A DNA stretch of 64,000 nucleotides from Nitrospirota bacterium (GCA_963845245.1 CAWJRJ010000017.1:160001-224000), one strand, 5' to 3'; shown: positions 32,693-43,747, counted from the first letter of the stretch. Made by a program: numbers and translations. The notes: generated by a model from the letters alone, not told the origin.

Positions 32693-32769
32693 CGGGGCGT
32701 AGCGCAGCCTGGTAGCGCACACGGTTCGGGACCGTGGGGTCGAAGGTTCAAATCCTTTCGCCCCGACCA
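32693..32769 (+). tRNA. tRNA-Pro(CGG)
   Basis: Cloverleaf; anticodon arm CACGG-TTCGGGA-CCGTG; GTTCAAATC; CCA end; upstream TTGACA-N17-TAACAT. Confidence 0.97.
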
Positions 32770-32863
32770 TTATTGCAATAAAAGCCTTCATCGGCACAAC
32801 AACCTCATCTGGAAGAAGGGTATTCTTGTTATTTGAATGCCCTTTTTCATTAAAGGGGAATAA

Positions 32864-33319
32864 TTGGACAGGGTAGTCATAGGCGTAATCGGCTCCTCGC
32901 TGGCGTCCGGAAAGCCTTACGACCAGGCAATGGAAGTGGGGCGGCTTGCGGCAAAGAGGGGCGCGTTCGTGCTTACAGGCGGCCTCGGCGGTGTCATGGA
33001 GGCCGCGTGCAAGGGCGCAAAAGAGGCCGGCGGGCAGACCATAGGGATACTGCCCGGGTTTGACACGCGCGACTCCAACGCCTATATAGACATCCCTATA
33101 GTGACGGGCCTGAACCACGCAAGGAACATAATAGTCGTCAGGACATCGGACGTGCTGGTCGCGGTAGGCGGCGAGTATGGCACGCTTTCGGAGATAGCCT
33201 TTGCCCTGAAGCTCGGAAAGACGGTGATAGGTCTTGGAAGCTGGGACCTTGGTGAAGGGATAGTAAAGGCCAAGGACCCTGCGGACGCCGTGGAGATGGC
33301 CTTTGAGGCGCTAAAGTAA
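32864..33319 (+). CDS. TIGR00725 family (LOG-like Rossmann fold) protein
   Basis: TGGLGGVMEAACKGA, IGILPG, ARN, GGEYGTLSEI. Confidence 0.88.
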   Translation: MDRVVIGVIGSSLASGKPYDQAMEVGRLAAKRGAFVLTGGLGGVMEAACKGAKEAGGQTIGILPGFDTRDSNAYIDIPIVTGLNHARNIIVVRTSDVLVAVGGEYGTLSEIAFALKLGKTVIGLGSWDLGEGIVKAKDPADAVEMAFEALK

Positions 33320-33326
33320 GGATAAT

Positions 33327-33611
33327 ATGGCCGGCGAGAAGGTGGCAGCCGAGATAATAGTGAGCGGGCATGTGCAGGGTGTGGGCTACCGGTTCTTCAC
33401 TGAGCGCGCAGCACTCGTGCACGGGGTCAAGGGCTGGTCGATGAACCTGCCCGACGGGCGTGTGATGCTCGACATAGAAGGTGAGAAAAAAAACGCCGAC
33501 CTTTTTATTGAGGAGCTTAAAAAGGGACCTGGCATGGCTCGTGTAACGGACGTATCAGTTATCTGGAAGCCCTTCCTGGGCAGGTTCAAAAACTTCTTCA
33601 TTAAAATATAA
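33327..33611 (+). CDS. acyP: Acylphosphatase
   Basis: VSGHVQGVGYRF, GWSMNLPDGRV. Confidence 0.9.
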   Translation: MAGEKVAAEIIVSGHVQGVGYRFFTERAALVHGVKGWSMNLPDGRVMLDIEGEKKNADLFIEELKKGPGMARVTDVSVIWKPFLGRFKNFFIKI

Positions 33612-33623
33612 GCGGGAAAAAAA

Positions 33624-34692
<1,069 letters not shown>

Positions 34693-34722
34693 ATAAAACA
34701 AGCCGGGTTTCAAGGAGGCAAA

Positions 34723-35239
34723 ATGGTGGACCTCAAGACGAGGATAAGGGAGATACCGGATTTTCCGAAGAAGGGCATACTCTTCCGCGATATTACGACG
34801 CTCCTGAAGGACGAAGAGGCCTTCAGGAAGGTCGTCGAGAAGATAACCGGCTATTACGAGGACGAGGACGTCGAGAAGGTCGTCGGCATAGAGTCGAGGG
34901 GCTTTATCTTCGGCGCGCCGCTTGCCTATACGCTGGGCGCGGGGTTCATCCCCGTCCGCAAGCCGGGCAAGCTCCCGAGCGACATATACGAGGCCAAATA
35001 CGAGCTTGAGTACGGCACGGATACCCTCACCATACACCAGGACGCGATAACACCCGGACAGAGGGTACTGGTTGTGGACGACCTGCTTGGCGACCGGTGG
35101 CACGATGTCGGCGACTCTTGACCTGCTGAAGAAGCTGGGTGCGGTAGTCGTCGGGGTCGTGTTCCTAATCGAGCTTGCGGACCTCAGGGGCCGGGACAAG
35201 CTTGCCGGGTACCAGGTGCATTCGCTGATAACCTATTAA
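34723..35239 (+). CDS. apt: Adenine phosphoribosyltransferase (frameshift near 35088)
   Basis: [43 protein letters not shown]. Confidence 0.93.
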
Positions 35240-35337
35240 ATCCGGGATGATGCACCGATGCCGTTGTTGCAAACCGGTGATTTTTGATTTTCAGTTGACT
35301 TATAGTCCGTGTTGCATTATATTTAAGGCCCTATAAC

Positions 35338-35414
35338 GCGCCCATAGCTCAGTAGGATAGAGCACAGGTTTCCTAAACCTGGTGTCGCATGTTCGAGCCA
35401 TGCTGGGCGCACCA
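35338..35414 (+). tRNA. tRNA-Arg(CCT)
   Basis: Anticodon arm CAGGT-TTCCTAA-ACCTG; GTTCGAG; CCA end; promoter TTGACT-N17-TATATT. Confidence 0.96.
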
Positions 35415-35421
35415 TAAAATC

Positions 35422-35454
35422 AAGGGGTTAGCTTTTCCAAGCTAACCCCTTTTT
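35422..35454 (+). terminator. Terminator after tRNA-Arg, overlapping an IHF-consensus site
   Basis: AAGGGGTTAGCTT...AAGCTAACCCCTT-TTT; AATCAAggggTTA at 35418-35430. Confidence 0.75.
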
Positions 35455-35475
35455 GTCTCTAAACATCAGTTATAC

Positions 35476-35928
35476 TCAGTCGTGATTGACCTGCATGTCG
35501 TCTGGGTATGGATGTCCCTTGCCCAACTCCAAAAGGTCCTTGAGGCTCAACATAAAAACCGCCCATTTTGTAGAGCAGTGCGGGAGAATTCCGCTGTCAC
35601 TTCGCCAGCCCGAATGACTGAAGTGGACAAAGCACTGCTTTCTGGCAGCTTCCAATGTAAACGTTATCTCGGTCCCGGCCCATTCCTCAACGCCTTCTCT
35701 TTGATCAGCCTTCCAGCGAACGAGTTTGCCGGGTACAAGCTCCGCGACTTCAAACTTCTGGCAAAAATCTCCGAACCAGAACTCGATGACGCCGCCCACC
35801 TTTGAGCCGATGCCGCGGGTGTCCGATGTCCACCACCCAGCCAGTTTCTTTGTGCTCGTTAAAGCCTGATAGACGGCCTTAGGCGAGGCCTTGATACCTA
35901 CCTCGTGAAGTATGCTGTATCGTTTCAT
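35476..35928 (-). CDS. SRPBCC/AHSA1-like domain protein
   Basis: IKASPKAVYQALT...LAGWW, EWAGTEITF, FSHSGW, W..F..SLK.LLE.GKG.PYP. Confidence 0.88.
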   Translation of the reverse strand: MKRYSILHEVGIKASPKAVYQALTSTKKLAGWWTSDTRGIGSKVGGVIEFWFGDFCQKFEVAELVPGKLVRWKADQREGVEEWAGTEITFTLEAARKQCFVHFSHSGWRSDSGILPHCSTKWAVFMLSLKDLLELGKGHPYPDDMQVNHD

Positions 35929-35991
35929 CTTCTGCCCCCCTTTGCGAATTCTTCGGTGCACAGGATCTGGCCTGCAAGATAACCTGAACCG

Positions 35992-37938
35992 TCACTCTTT
36001 CAGCCGGATAATGTATATCATCCCGAGGTAGTCTCCTCCTTCGTACACCGGAACCATGAAAAATGTACCTGTCTTCCCTTCAACCAGAGGGCAGTCGAAT
36101 GTACTCTCTTTTTTCTCCGAAAGGGCCTGGAGCATCGGCTTTGCCGAAGTCATCTTTCCGGTTTTCATATCGATATTGACAAGGCTGTTTTCTTCGGGAT
36201 ATCCATAGCGGTTCACGCCCCCGGCATCGAGCCACTCGATGCAATAAAGTCCGCCCTGCTCAGAATAAAAGTCCCCTAATAGCTCCTTGATTTTTGCGTC
36301 GTCGTTCCCTGAGAGGGCCTTCTTCATTTCCGGATTTTCCGCCAGGGCTCTTAGCGCTTTATTCGAGTCTTTCGCCGGTTTTTCAATGTCCTTTCCGGAA
36401 GAAATAACGTGTCCTGCCCTTACATGCATCACCACAAGCCGCCACTGTGTGCCGTGGAGGCCGACGGTGGTCCAATGCGCATCTTTTTTGACCACCTTCT
36501 CCGACCCCTTTTGCATATAATCGTAGCTGCCCGCCCCTTTATTTTCTTTTGAGATCAGAGTTCCGAGTGCAAGTAGCTGGGGAAACGGTTTGTAGACCGG
36601 GTCGTCGAAGAGCATACGGCCTATCTCTCCTTTATCCTCGTCATACAGAATCCTTCCATCCGGCTGCATAACGAATGCCTCCACAGGCATCCCCTGAAGA
36701 ACAGGCGTGAGGATATGCGAAAGCAGGGATTCTGGCCTGATAAGGATGCTGATCGAGCCTTCTAAATCCCCCTTGGAAGAGAGTACCGGATGTTCCAGGT
36801 CAACTGCTTCAAATCCCTCGACCGCCCTGAAAGTGTTGCTCAGGACCGGTTTCTTCGACTCCCGAAGACGGATTACCTGTTCCTGTGCGCTTATGTCGCT
36901 GCCCTCAAATCCGGCGTTTTCCGCAGGCTCAACAAGCGCCATCCTGCCGTTTTGGTCCACAAACGCGCAATCTACCGCATATGGGTAAGATCGGCAGAGA
37001 TCGCCGAGAATTTTTCTTGTCCCGGCTGCTTTTAAATCTGCCTCGGATAATCTCGTTGCGGCTCCGGCAACGTCCTTATCCATTTTGTTAAGCTCTGCAG
37101 TGATCTCCTTCTCGATATCGAAAAGGAAAGGAGGAAGTTCCGTAACCGGCTGCCCCGGTTTCCCGGTAACGATTCCGATTGCAAAGACCCAGCCTGTCAG
37201 GGGGGATCTCTTGAAGAAAACCTGTCTCTCGCCATAGAAGTCATAGGTCACCACGCCCTCGGGCTTGGCAAGCATCTCTTCAATGGTTTTCGCGAGGCTC
37301 TTGCTTCCCATGTCTGAGGGATAGCCGAAGAGCAGTGCCGATACCCTGTGAAGGGAAGTCTGGCCATTTTTATCGAGGGCGTAAAAGATAATGTTGTCCG
37401 GCAACCCCATTTTTTCATCGATCATCCTGCTTATGTCCTCAACCGAAAGGGATGTTCCTATGGCCCCGATTATCTTCCCATTTTCTCTTACCGGGACCGC
37501 GACGACAGCCGTCCTCTTTCCTGTGGATTTGCCAAGGACGAGCTCTCCGGTTATTTCCTCACCCGCCATGAGCCGCGGGAAATAAAGGCGGTCGCTGAGG
37601 TTAAGGCCGGTCAACCCCTTTTCCACTGTATAAAACGAGCCGTCAGGCAGTACGAACCATACTGCTTCGGCTTTAATGCCGCTCCTGCCGAATTCGGCCA
37701 GCACCGTCTTCATATTTTCCCATTCCCCGCTCTGGGCCTCTTTCGTGGCCGATATGAGTCTCAGACCGTTCAGTACGCTTTCGACATGCCCCTCTCCGAG
37801 TGCAGAAAACGAATTCAGGAGAACTCGCAAACTGGCCGCATCTGTTCCGGACTGGTCCGGAACAGGGGACCTGTCTTCCGCCATGGCAGGCAGGGACAAT
37901 ACTAATAGAAAGAATAAAATCATCTTTGCGATTTTCAT
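35992..37938 (-). CDS. Exported multi-Cache-domain protein with no TM or output domain
   Basis: Signal peptide (PAMA); repeated Cache-like segments (LSDRLYF..., GKSTGK.TAVVAVPV; FRAVEGF..VDLEHPV; PLVEG...FMVPV). Confidence 0.75.
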   Translation of the reverse strand: MKIAKMILFFLLVLSLPAMAEDRSPVPDQSGTDAASLRVLLNSFSALGEGHVESVLNGLRLISATKEAQSGEWENMKTVLAEFGRSGIKAEAVWFVLPDGSFYTVEKGLTGLNLSDRLYFPRLMAGEEITGELVLGKSTGKRTAVVAVPVRENGKIIGAIGTSLSVEDISRMIDEKMGLPDNIIFYALDKNGQTSLHRVSALLFGYPSDMGSKSLAKTIEEMLAKPEGVVTYDFYGERQVFFKRSPLTGWVFAIGIVTGKPGQPVTELPPFLFDIEKEITAELNKMDKDVAGAATRLSEADLKAAGTRKILGDLCRSYPYAVDCAFVDQNGRMALVEPAENAGFEGSDISAQEQVIRLRESKKPVLSNTFRAVEGFEAVDLEHPVLSSKGDLEGSISILIRPESLLSHILTPVLQGMPVEAFVMQPDGRILYDEDKGEIGRMLFDDPVYKPFPQLLALGTLISKENKGAGSYDYMQKGSEKVVKKDAHWTTVGLHGTQWRLVVMHVRAGHVISSGKDIEKPAKDSNKALRALAENPEMKKALSGNDDAKIKELLGDFYSEQGGLYCIEWLDAGGVNRYGYPEENSLVNIDMKTGKMTSAKPMLQALSEKKESTFDCPLVEGKTGTFFMVPVYEGGDYLGMIYIIRLKE

Positions 37939-38163
37939 GATATCCCCCGATTCCTGAAGGTAGTTCGTGGACAATTATATTGATTGGGTATACTTAAGAT
38001 ATATGCTAATTACCAATCTACGTCAAGTGCCTCTTCTTATTACCGAGCAAATCTCTCCTGACTACCGTGCTCGAGTCTCTGTCGGAAACTTTCATGATCC
38101 ATAAAGATCGACGCTATGAACGTCTGTGCATGGATGGTTTCCAACTTATATGTAACTGTTTAG

Positions 38164-38198
38164 TGGTATCGCGAGTTCAATCCATGCTGGGGGCACCA
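38164..38198 (+). repeat. Degenerate direct repeat of the tRNA-Arg 3' end (att-like)
   Basis: TGGTATCGCGAGTTCAATCCATGCTGGGGGCACCA versus 35380-35414 TGGTGTCGCATGTTCGAGCCATGCTGGGCGCACCA: 29/35 identical, ungapped. Confidence 0.75.
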
Positions 38199-38261
38199 CC
38201 AAGGTGCTCAGCCGGAGGCTTGCAAATTGCTTGCAAGGTGTTAAAATTTAGTTAATAGAAG

Positions 38262-38360
38262 TGGTGTTTCCCGAGAAAGGCCGAACCCTCTGCGATGAGG
38301 GGGCGGAAAGCGGCGGATCTCCCGGCGCGGGAGATGGCCGAGCTGCCGAAGGAAATGTTG
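38262..38360 (+). promoter_or_regulatory. c-di-GMP-I (GEMM-I) riboswitch
   Basis: P1 TTTCC/GGAAA; P2 CC-GAA-CCCTC-(T)GCGA(T)-GAGGG-GGC-GG; AAAGC junction; P3 CGG-ATCTCCCG/CGGGAGAT-GG-CCG; 3' GCTGCCGAA. Confidence 0.85.
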
Positions 38361-38421
38361 ATGACCATGGCAGTCCGGTCTTTTTGTTGAGGCCAGGCTG
38401 CGTCGAAAAGGAGATACTATC

Positions 38422-39123
38422 ATGGCTGCCTCGGATAATTTAAAAGACAGCGGAAAAATTAAGATAGCTGTCTGGAGTGTGCTTTTTATATGGCTGGTGT
38501 TAGTGTTAGTTTTAGGAGCGGGCGGTTCTTTTGTCAGGGTAGCGGGCGCGCCGCCTCTGCCGGTCGCAGCGGGAGCGCTCATACCTGTCCTCGTGTTTCT
38601 CACCGCATACTGGTCCATTAGCTCGTTCCGTGACTTTGTGATGTCATTCGACCTGCAGTTTGCGGCTGGCCTTCAGGCCTGGAGGTTCGCTGGTCTGGGG
38701 TTCATAGCCCTGTATACGTATGGTGTATTGCCGGGCATGTTTGCCTGGCCAGCCGGACTTGGAGACATGGCCATAGGCATTACTGCCGTGTGGGTCGTGC
38801 TTGCGCTCAGAAACCGGCCGGAATTTGCGACAGGCTGGACCTACCGGATATGGAACCTGCTGGGGATACTGGACCTCGTTGTGGCGGTCAGCACGGGCGG
38901 GCTCAGCGCATACCTCGGCATAGGTATATCGGAAACAATAACGACTTCCCCGATGGCGCTAATGCCTCTGGTGCTGATACCTGCGTTCCTTGTGCCGCTG
39001 TTTGTCATCCTGCACCTTGCCTCTCTGATACAGTCATGGCATCTGGCGGCAGCTGGGGGTAGATGCGTGTGGGTAGGCTCACATATCCAGTGCGGGCCAT
39101 CGGGAACAATGACCAGAGCGTAA
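38422..39123 (+). CDS. Hypothetical polytopic membrane protein
   Basis: AAGGAG RBS; about six hydrophobic segments; FAWPAGLGD and WNLLGILDL motifs. Confidence 0.8.
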   Translation: MAASDNLKDSGKIKIAVWSVLFIWLVLVLVLGAGGSFVRVAGAPPLPVAAGALIPVLVFLTAYWSISSFRDFVMSFDLQFAAGLQAWRFAGLGFIALYTYGVLPGMFAWPAGLGDMAIGITAVWVVLALRNRPEFATGWTYRIWNLLGILDLVVAVSTGGLSAYLGIGISETITTSPMALMPLVLIPAFLVPLFVILHLASLIQSWHLAAAGGRCVWVGSHIQCGPSGTMTRA

Positions 39124-39148
39124 AACATTGCTTGAACTCTAATAATTA

Positions 39149-39181
39149 AAGGGGTCAGCCAAGAAGGCTGACCCCTTATTT
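39149..39181. terminator. Bidirectional terminator between convergent genes
   Basis: AAGGGGTCAGCC-N5-GGCTGACCCCTT. Confidence 0.7.
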
Positions 39182-39217
39182 ATTAGTACGACAATATCAC
39201 AAAACTGGCAGATTTCC

Positions 39218-39685
39218 TCAGTCCATCTGCTCCACCAGATAATTCTGCGCTCCGACTTGTTTGATCTGGTCGAGTTGGGCCTCGATCCAGTCTATGTGCT
39301 CCTCTTCATCCTTAAGGATGGCCACGAGCATCTCGCGGGTACCGTTGTCCCCGGCATCTGCTGCCGCCTGGATGCTCTCGTTGTAGCCTTTTATGGCATA
39401 CTCTTCCGCGCCGCGGTCGTTTTCGTGCATCTTGGGCACCTCTGCCCCTATGTGTACCTTGTTGAGCTTGGTGACGATGGGACGCCCTTCAAGGAACAGT
39501 ATGCGGGCAATCAGCTTCTCGGCATGCTTCATCTCTGTGATGGCGCGCTTCTCGATAGCCTCGTCCAGCTTTTTGTAGTTCCAGTTGTCGCACATCTCCG
39601 CATGTACCATGTACTGGTTTATGGCGGTCAATTCATCGGCCAGACGGGCGTTCAAGTGTTCAATGATCTTCTCGTTCCCTTTCAT
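39218..39685 (-). CDS. bfr: Bacterioferritin
   Basis: MKG...LADELTAINQY..H, EMKHAEKLIARILFLEG, DEEEHIDW. Confidence 0.95.
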   Translation of the reverse strand: MKGNEKIIEHLNARLADELTAINQYMVHAEMCDNWNYKKLDEAIEKRAITEMKHAEKLIARILFLEGRPIVTKLNKVHIGAEVPKMHENDRGAEEYAIKGYNESIQAAADAGDNGTREMLVAILKDEEEHIDWIEAQLDQIKQVGAQNYLVEQMD

Positions 39686-39951
39686 GTAACCTCCTCTGTG
39701 TATCTGTGTATCTGGTGTGGTATTAACAGGCGCGGTGCCAGTTCAAGCGTCCGCATGTATGCATACTTACTAAAATTTTAGCAGACATCCCGGTATTGTC
39801 AATTTTTCGGCTGTTTTTTATGAAAAGGCGCATCAGGATCTCCCTATTTTGGGTGGACTGTAACTTCCCAATCATTTAGTACGTCTTACTATAGTAAGAG
39901 GGGGTATAATAGTTATAAGAGGGTTCCCAACGAAAGAGAAAGGGGGCCTAT

Positions 39952-41175
39952 ATGAAAAGGCTCTATTTGTCCATATTAACAGCCGGGCTTCTGCTTGTAA
40001 TGCCCGCTTTTGCCTATGCAACAGACGCACCTCCTGTAGGACAGGCCCTGGTCAGGGAGGGCGACTATGCCGTAGAAATGGTCAAGGCGCTTAACATAAA
40101 CGCGGGCCAGGACGAGGCTGCCTCCGAGAATGCCCTTGCGACCCTGGGCATCGCACCACAGACTGGCTGGATCTCTGACTTTCCGGTCACGCCCGACATA
40201 ATCGAACAGTTACAGGCTTCAGTGGACGATGCTGCATCGGCAGGAAGGCTTCCCATGAGCAGGGAAGCAGCCGGCAAGGCGCTTCTTGCGATGAACAGCA
40301 GGCTTGGATTGGCCGTTGCGCCAGCCGAAGAGGGGCAGTATGCCGAGCAAACTGAAGTTGACCAGGCAGATGTCGATACTTACTACACCGATGAGGGGCC
40401 GCCTGTAATCACGTATTACGCGCCGCCTCCAGACTACGCGTACCTGTACGCATGGGACCCGTACCCGTTCTGGTACGACGGCTTCTACTTCCCAGGGTAC
40501 TTCATCCTGACCGATTTCGACGTTGACGTCGGCCACCATCACAGGCATCATCACGACGGGGACAGAGACTGGGACAGCCATAGGGTTGGCGAGAAGAGGG
40601 TATCCAACCACATAGTAGTACCGGAATCCGGAAAGGTAGTGTCATTAGACCCTGTAACCAGACACCCGCTTTCAAAGACCGACTTCCGGCCGATAGGCGC
40701 AAAGTCGTTCGAGCCGGTCAGAAAGTCTGGGAGTGTAACTGTACAAAGGGACGGGGGCAATGCCATTATCAGGACTGAGGGCGGCACATTTAACAGGGAT
40801 AGTGCATCCAGGCTTGTGAACCATGGTTCCGGCGGCAGGTCCGCCGAAACATCCGCCAACACCAACAATAGGATAGAAGATACCCGTACGACGGGCAGGG
40901 GACTGCCGGAAAGCATGTGTTCGATAGGCAACTGTAGCCCACGCAGCACCGGGTCCCGCAGTTACAGCAGCGAAGGCAGGTCTTCCGGTTCGGTATCATC
41001 CGGCCGGGGCGGCTTTAGCGGCGAGTCCCGCGGGTTCAGTGGTGGCGGAAGGTCGTCCGGTTCGTCCGGTGGATTCTCCGGCGGGTCACGTGGGGTTAGT
41101 GATGGCAGGTCGTCCGGAGGTGGTTATTCCGGCGGTCATTCGTGGGGAGGCGGCTTCGACGGTTCAAGGAGGTAG
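39952..41175 (+). CDS. Hypothetical exported protein with a Tyr/Pro-rich core and a Gly/Ser/Arg-rich tail
   Basis: Signal peptide (AYA); YYAPPPDYAYLYAWDPYPFW; His patch; SGG/RG low-complexity C-terminus. Confidence 0.8.
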   Translation: MKRLYLSILTAGLLLVMPAFAYATDAPPVGQALVREGDYAVEMVKALNINAGQDEAASENALATLGIAPQTGWISDFPVTPDIIEQLQASVDDAASAGRLPMSREAAGKALLAMNSRLGLAVAPAEEGQYAEQTEVDQADVDTYYTDEGPPVITYYAPPPDYAYLYAWDPYPFWYDGFYFPGYFILTDFDVDVGHHHRHHHDGDRDWDSHRVGEKRVSNHIVVPESGKVVSLDPVTRHPLSKTDFRPIGAKSFEPVRKSGSVTVQRDGGNAIIRTEGGTFNRDSASRLVNHGSGGRSAETSANTNNRIEDTRTTGRGLPESMCSIGNCSPRSTGSRSYSSEGRSSGSVSSGRGGFSGESRGFSGGGRSSGSSGGFSGGSRGVSDGRSSGGGYSGGHSWGGGFDGSRR

Positions 41176-41179
41176 GAGG

Positions 41180-43342
41180 TTATACATCCGAAAAGGAAAG
41201 TATCTGCCGTATTTTTTTTAGGAGAGGTTCAATATATTCCCTTTCAGGGATGAAAGCCTCCTTGCTGAGAGTTATGGTCGTAATGTTCCTGTCCATAAGC
41301 GGCAACTCGGTAATCAGAATTATAGGTGTCCGGGATATCGGCGCGCACCGCCTCAGCTCGGTCAGCATTTTCCGCCATGAGCCTCCAGTATGTGTAATGT
41401 CCAGGAATATGAGAGAGGGTTTCTCCCTGCAACAGGTATCCACGCCCACGGATTCGTCCGCGAGTATGACAGTGTGGTTTTCTTCGCCAAGCATTAGTTG
41501 GAGCGTCCTTCCCTCGATACGGTCATGGCCGATGCTTATGAACGGGCCCTTACCCTTCGGTGATACAGCCTCGACAGCACTCATGAGTTCAAAGCGGTCG
41601 ATAGGCTTTGACAGAAAACCATTAACCGCCAGCTGCAGGCCGTGTTTCGGGTCGACCAGGAGTGAGGCCACAATTACCGGAATTGGCGGGGTATTTTGTA
41701 TTGAGCTGAATTTCTTGTATAGGTTCGCGTCATTATCCGGATAGTCAATAATGCCTGATAATACGATGTTTGGGCTCCAATAACTAGCTATTTCGAGCGC
41801 GGATTTCCCGGACACCGCACCTTCAGTTTTATATCCCAGCTCTTCAAGCTTCGCTCTCAGAAACTGGCGGACCACGATGTCTTGTTCAAGGACGAGGATA
41901 ATGTCTTGTTCTCTTCTGGATACAACGGGAGGTAGTTGTGCCTCGGGTTTATCCCGTTGAGGCAGTACAAACTCTTCGAGGTCGATTGGCAGTGTGAATG
42001 AGAATGTGCTGCCCTTCCCGATCTCGCTGTCCACCCATATCTTACCGCCATGGTACTCTACTATATTCTTAGAGATGGTCAATCCCAGGCCCGAGCCCTT
42101 GGGCCGGCCGGCGAGGTTGTCGGCGACCCGGTAAAACTCATCGAATATTAAGTCCCGTTCTTCCGGGAATATCCCTTCTCCGGTATCGCTAACCGACACC
42201 TGCAGGAACTCCCTGTCTTTTATTGCAGTCACGGTTATGCCGCCATGAGAGGTGAACTTTATAGCGTTATTCAGGAGGTTCACCAAAACAAGGGGGATTT
42301 GTAGTTTGTCGCCCTTGACTACGGGAAGAGGTTCGTCGGGCTGCGCGAACTCAAGGTAGAGCCCCTTTTCCGTGGCCATGGGTTTTAGGGATTTTATCCT
42401 ATCAGTTATCACCTTAGCCATGTCAACCTTCACATGGTGGTGCTCGATCGTGCCGGACTCTATTTTAGCAAGGTCCAATAAGTCGTTTATGAACTGGGTG
42501 AGGTGTTCTGATTCCTTGATTATTATCTCCAGGAACTCCTTCTGCGTGTTCCTGTCAAGGTCATCGTAGTTAAAGAGTATTTCGGAGAATGAGCGCATTG
42601 AAGCAAGCGGGGTCTTGAATTCGTGGGTGACGTTTGAGAAGAAGGACGTTTTCTTCTTGTCAAGGTTTTTGAGGTGTTCGTGAGCCTCAGTTAGGGCTTC
42701 AAGTGCTGCCTGCAGGTTCTGGGTCTTGAGGTGCAGCGCGTTTTGTAATGCGTGGAAAGTGGATGAAGTCGCCTGTTGTAACTGGTGCTCCCTCTGTATC
42801 TGCGCCGCGAGCATCACCGAAGGCCAGCCTACGCCGAATATCAGTGCGAAATTCATCAAGGACATTCGTGCGTATTCACTAGTACCAATCGATGTAAGCT
42901 TGTGAGGCTCCAGCGCCGGCATGAGCAGAAAGACCAATGCATAAATCAGAAGAAACCACTTTAGTCTTTTCTCGCCCATCCGGGATACTGTCAGGTATAA
43001 ATAGGGAAGGCCATAGAATTTTATAGGATTTTCCGCACCCCCTGTGAAATAGCAGAGCACTACGATGTATAAAAGGTCGCCTGTCAATGCGATGTCCGGA
43101 ATGATGGTATACTTCCGGCTCAGATATATGATGGCGAGGTTGAATAGAAGCGTCAAAGCCAGTACAACGTTAACAGGGAGCAGGTTCTGTCGCTGGACTA
43201 CAAAGAAATTGACAGTCAGAAAGACCAGTAACAGCAGCAGTAGCCGAAGGCCCTCCTCTTGCGGATAAAGTTTGTTTCCGCTTTCAGCAGGGAGGTTTGG
43301 GAGCGCATCAAAACTTTCGTTGATTTTCGTGTCGTTATTCAA
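41180..43342 (-). CDS. Membrane hybrid histidine kinase with two degenerate receiver domains
   Basis: About 5-6 [30 protein letters not shown]; two REC-like C-terminal folds. Confidence 0.9.
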   Translation of the reverse strand: MNNDTKINESFDALPNLPAESGNKLYPQEEGLRLLLLLLVFLTVNFFVVQRQNLLPVNVVLALTLLFNLAIIYLSRKYTIIPDIALTGDLLYIVVLCYFTGGAENPIKFYGLPYLYLTVSRMGEKRLKWFLLIYALVFLLMPALEPHKLTSIGTSEYARMSLMNFALIFGVGWPSVMLAAQIQREHQLQQATSSTFHALQNALHLKTQNLQAALEALTEAHEHLKNLDKKKTSFFSNVTHEFKTPLASMRSFSEILFNYDDLDRNTQKEFLEIIIKESEHLTQFINDLLDLAKIESGTIEHHHVKVDMAKVITDRIKSLKPMATEKGLYLEFAQPDEPLPVVKGDKLQIPLVLVNLLNNAIKFTSHGGITVTAIKDREFLQVSVSDTGEGIFPEERDLIFDEFYRVADNLAGRPKGSGLGLTISKNIVEYHGGKIWVDSEIGKGSTFSFTLPIDLEEFVLPQRDKPEAQLPPVVSRREQDIILVLEQDIVVRQFLRAKLEELGYKTEGAVSGKSALEIASYWSPNIVLSGIIDYPDNDANLYKKFSSIQNTPPIPVIVASLLVDPKHGLQLAVNGFLSKPIDRFELMSAVEAVSPKGKGPFISIGHDRIEGRTLQLMLGEENHTVILADESVGVDTCCREKPSLIFLDITHTGGSWRKMLTELRRCAPISRTPIILITELPLMDRNITTITLSKEAFIPEREYIEPLLKKIRQILSFSDV

Positions 43343-43745
43343 TGTTATTTTTTGAAGGCAGTTCCGTGGTCCCCAGGAAATGCTCTTTCAGCCTGCATGC
43401 CACTTCCACCGGCGAAAACGGTTTTGTTATGTATTCGTCCGCGCCTTCAAGGTAGCCCTTGTAACGGTCCACATCCTGGCCTTTGCATGTCAGTATAATG
43501 ATATAGGGCATGCGTTCCCTGTATTTAGGGTCGTTTCTGAGGGCATGGCAGACCTCAAAGCCGTCCTTTTTGGGCATAGTCAGGTCAAGAAACACTACAT
43601 CGGGGTTGAACTCTTCGAACTTCCTCAAGGCTTCCTCGCCGTCTGCCGCGCTTTCGACGTCGTAACCTTCCTTGCGCAGTACGAAAGAAAGCGAACGTAC
43701 CATGTATGGTTCATCGTCAGCAATGAGCACCGTTCTGTTAAGCAT
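43335..43745 (-). CDS. Single-domain response regulator
   Basis: IADDE, FLDLTMP, ILT, YITKPF. Confidence 0.92.
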   Translation of the reverse strand: MLNRTVLIADDEPYMVRSLSFVLRKEGYDVESAADGEEALRKFEEFNPDVVFLDLTMPKKDGFEVCHALRNDPKYRERMPYIIILTCKGQDVDRYKGYLEGADEYITKPFSPVEVACRLKEHFLGTTELPSKNNIE

Positions 43746-43747
43746 GC

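Noticed and set aside
32681..33118. ORFs overlapping tRNAs (also 45703-45936, 57878-58246)
   Set aside because: Spurious translations of tRNA sequence
38261..38443. 60-aa ORF and antisense 38241-38618 ORF
   Set aside because: They overlap the riboswitch and the real CDS and have no RBS or protein features
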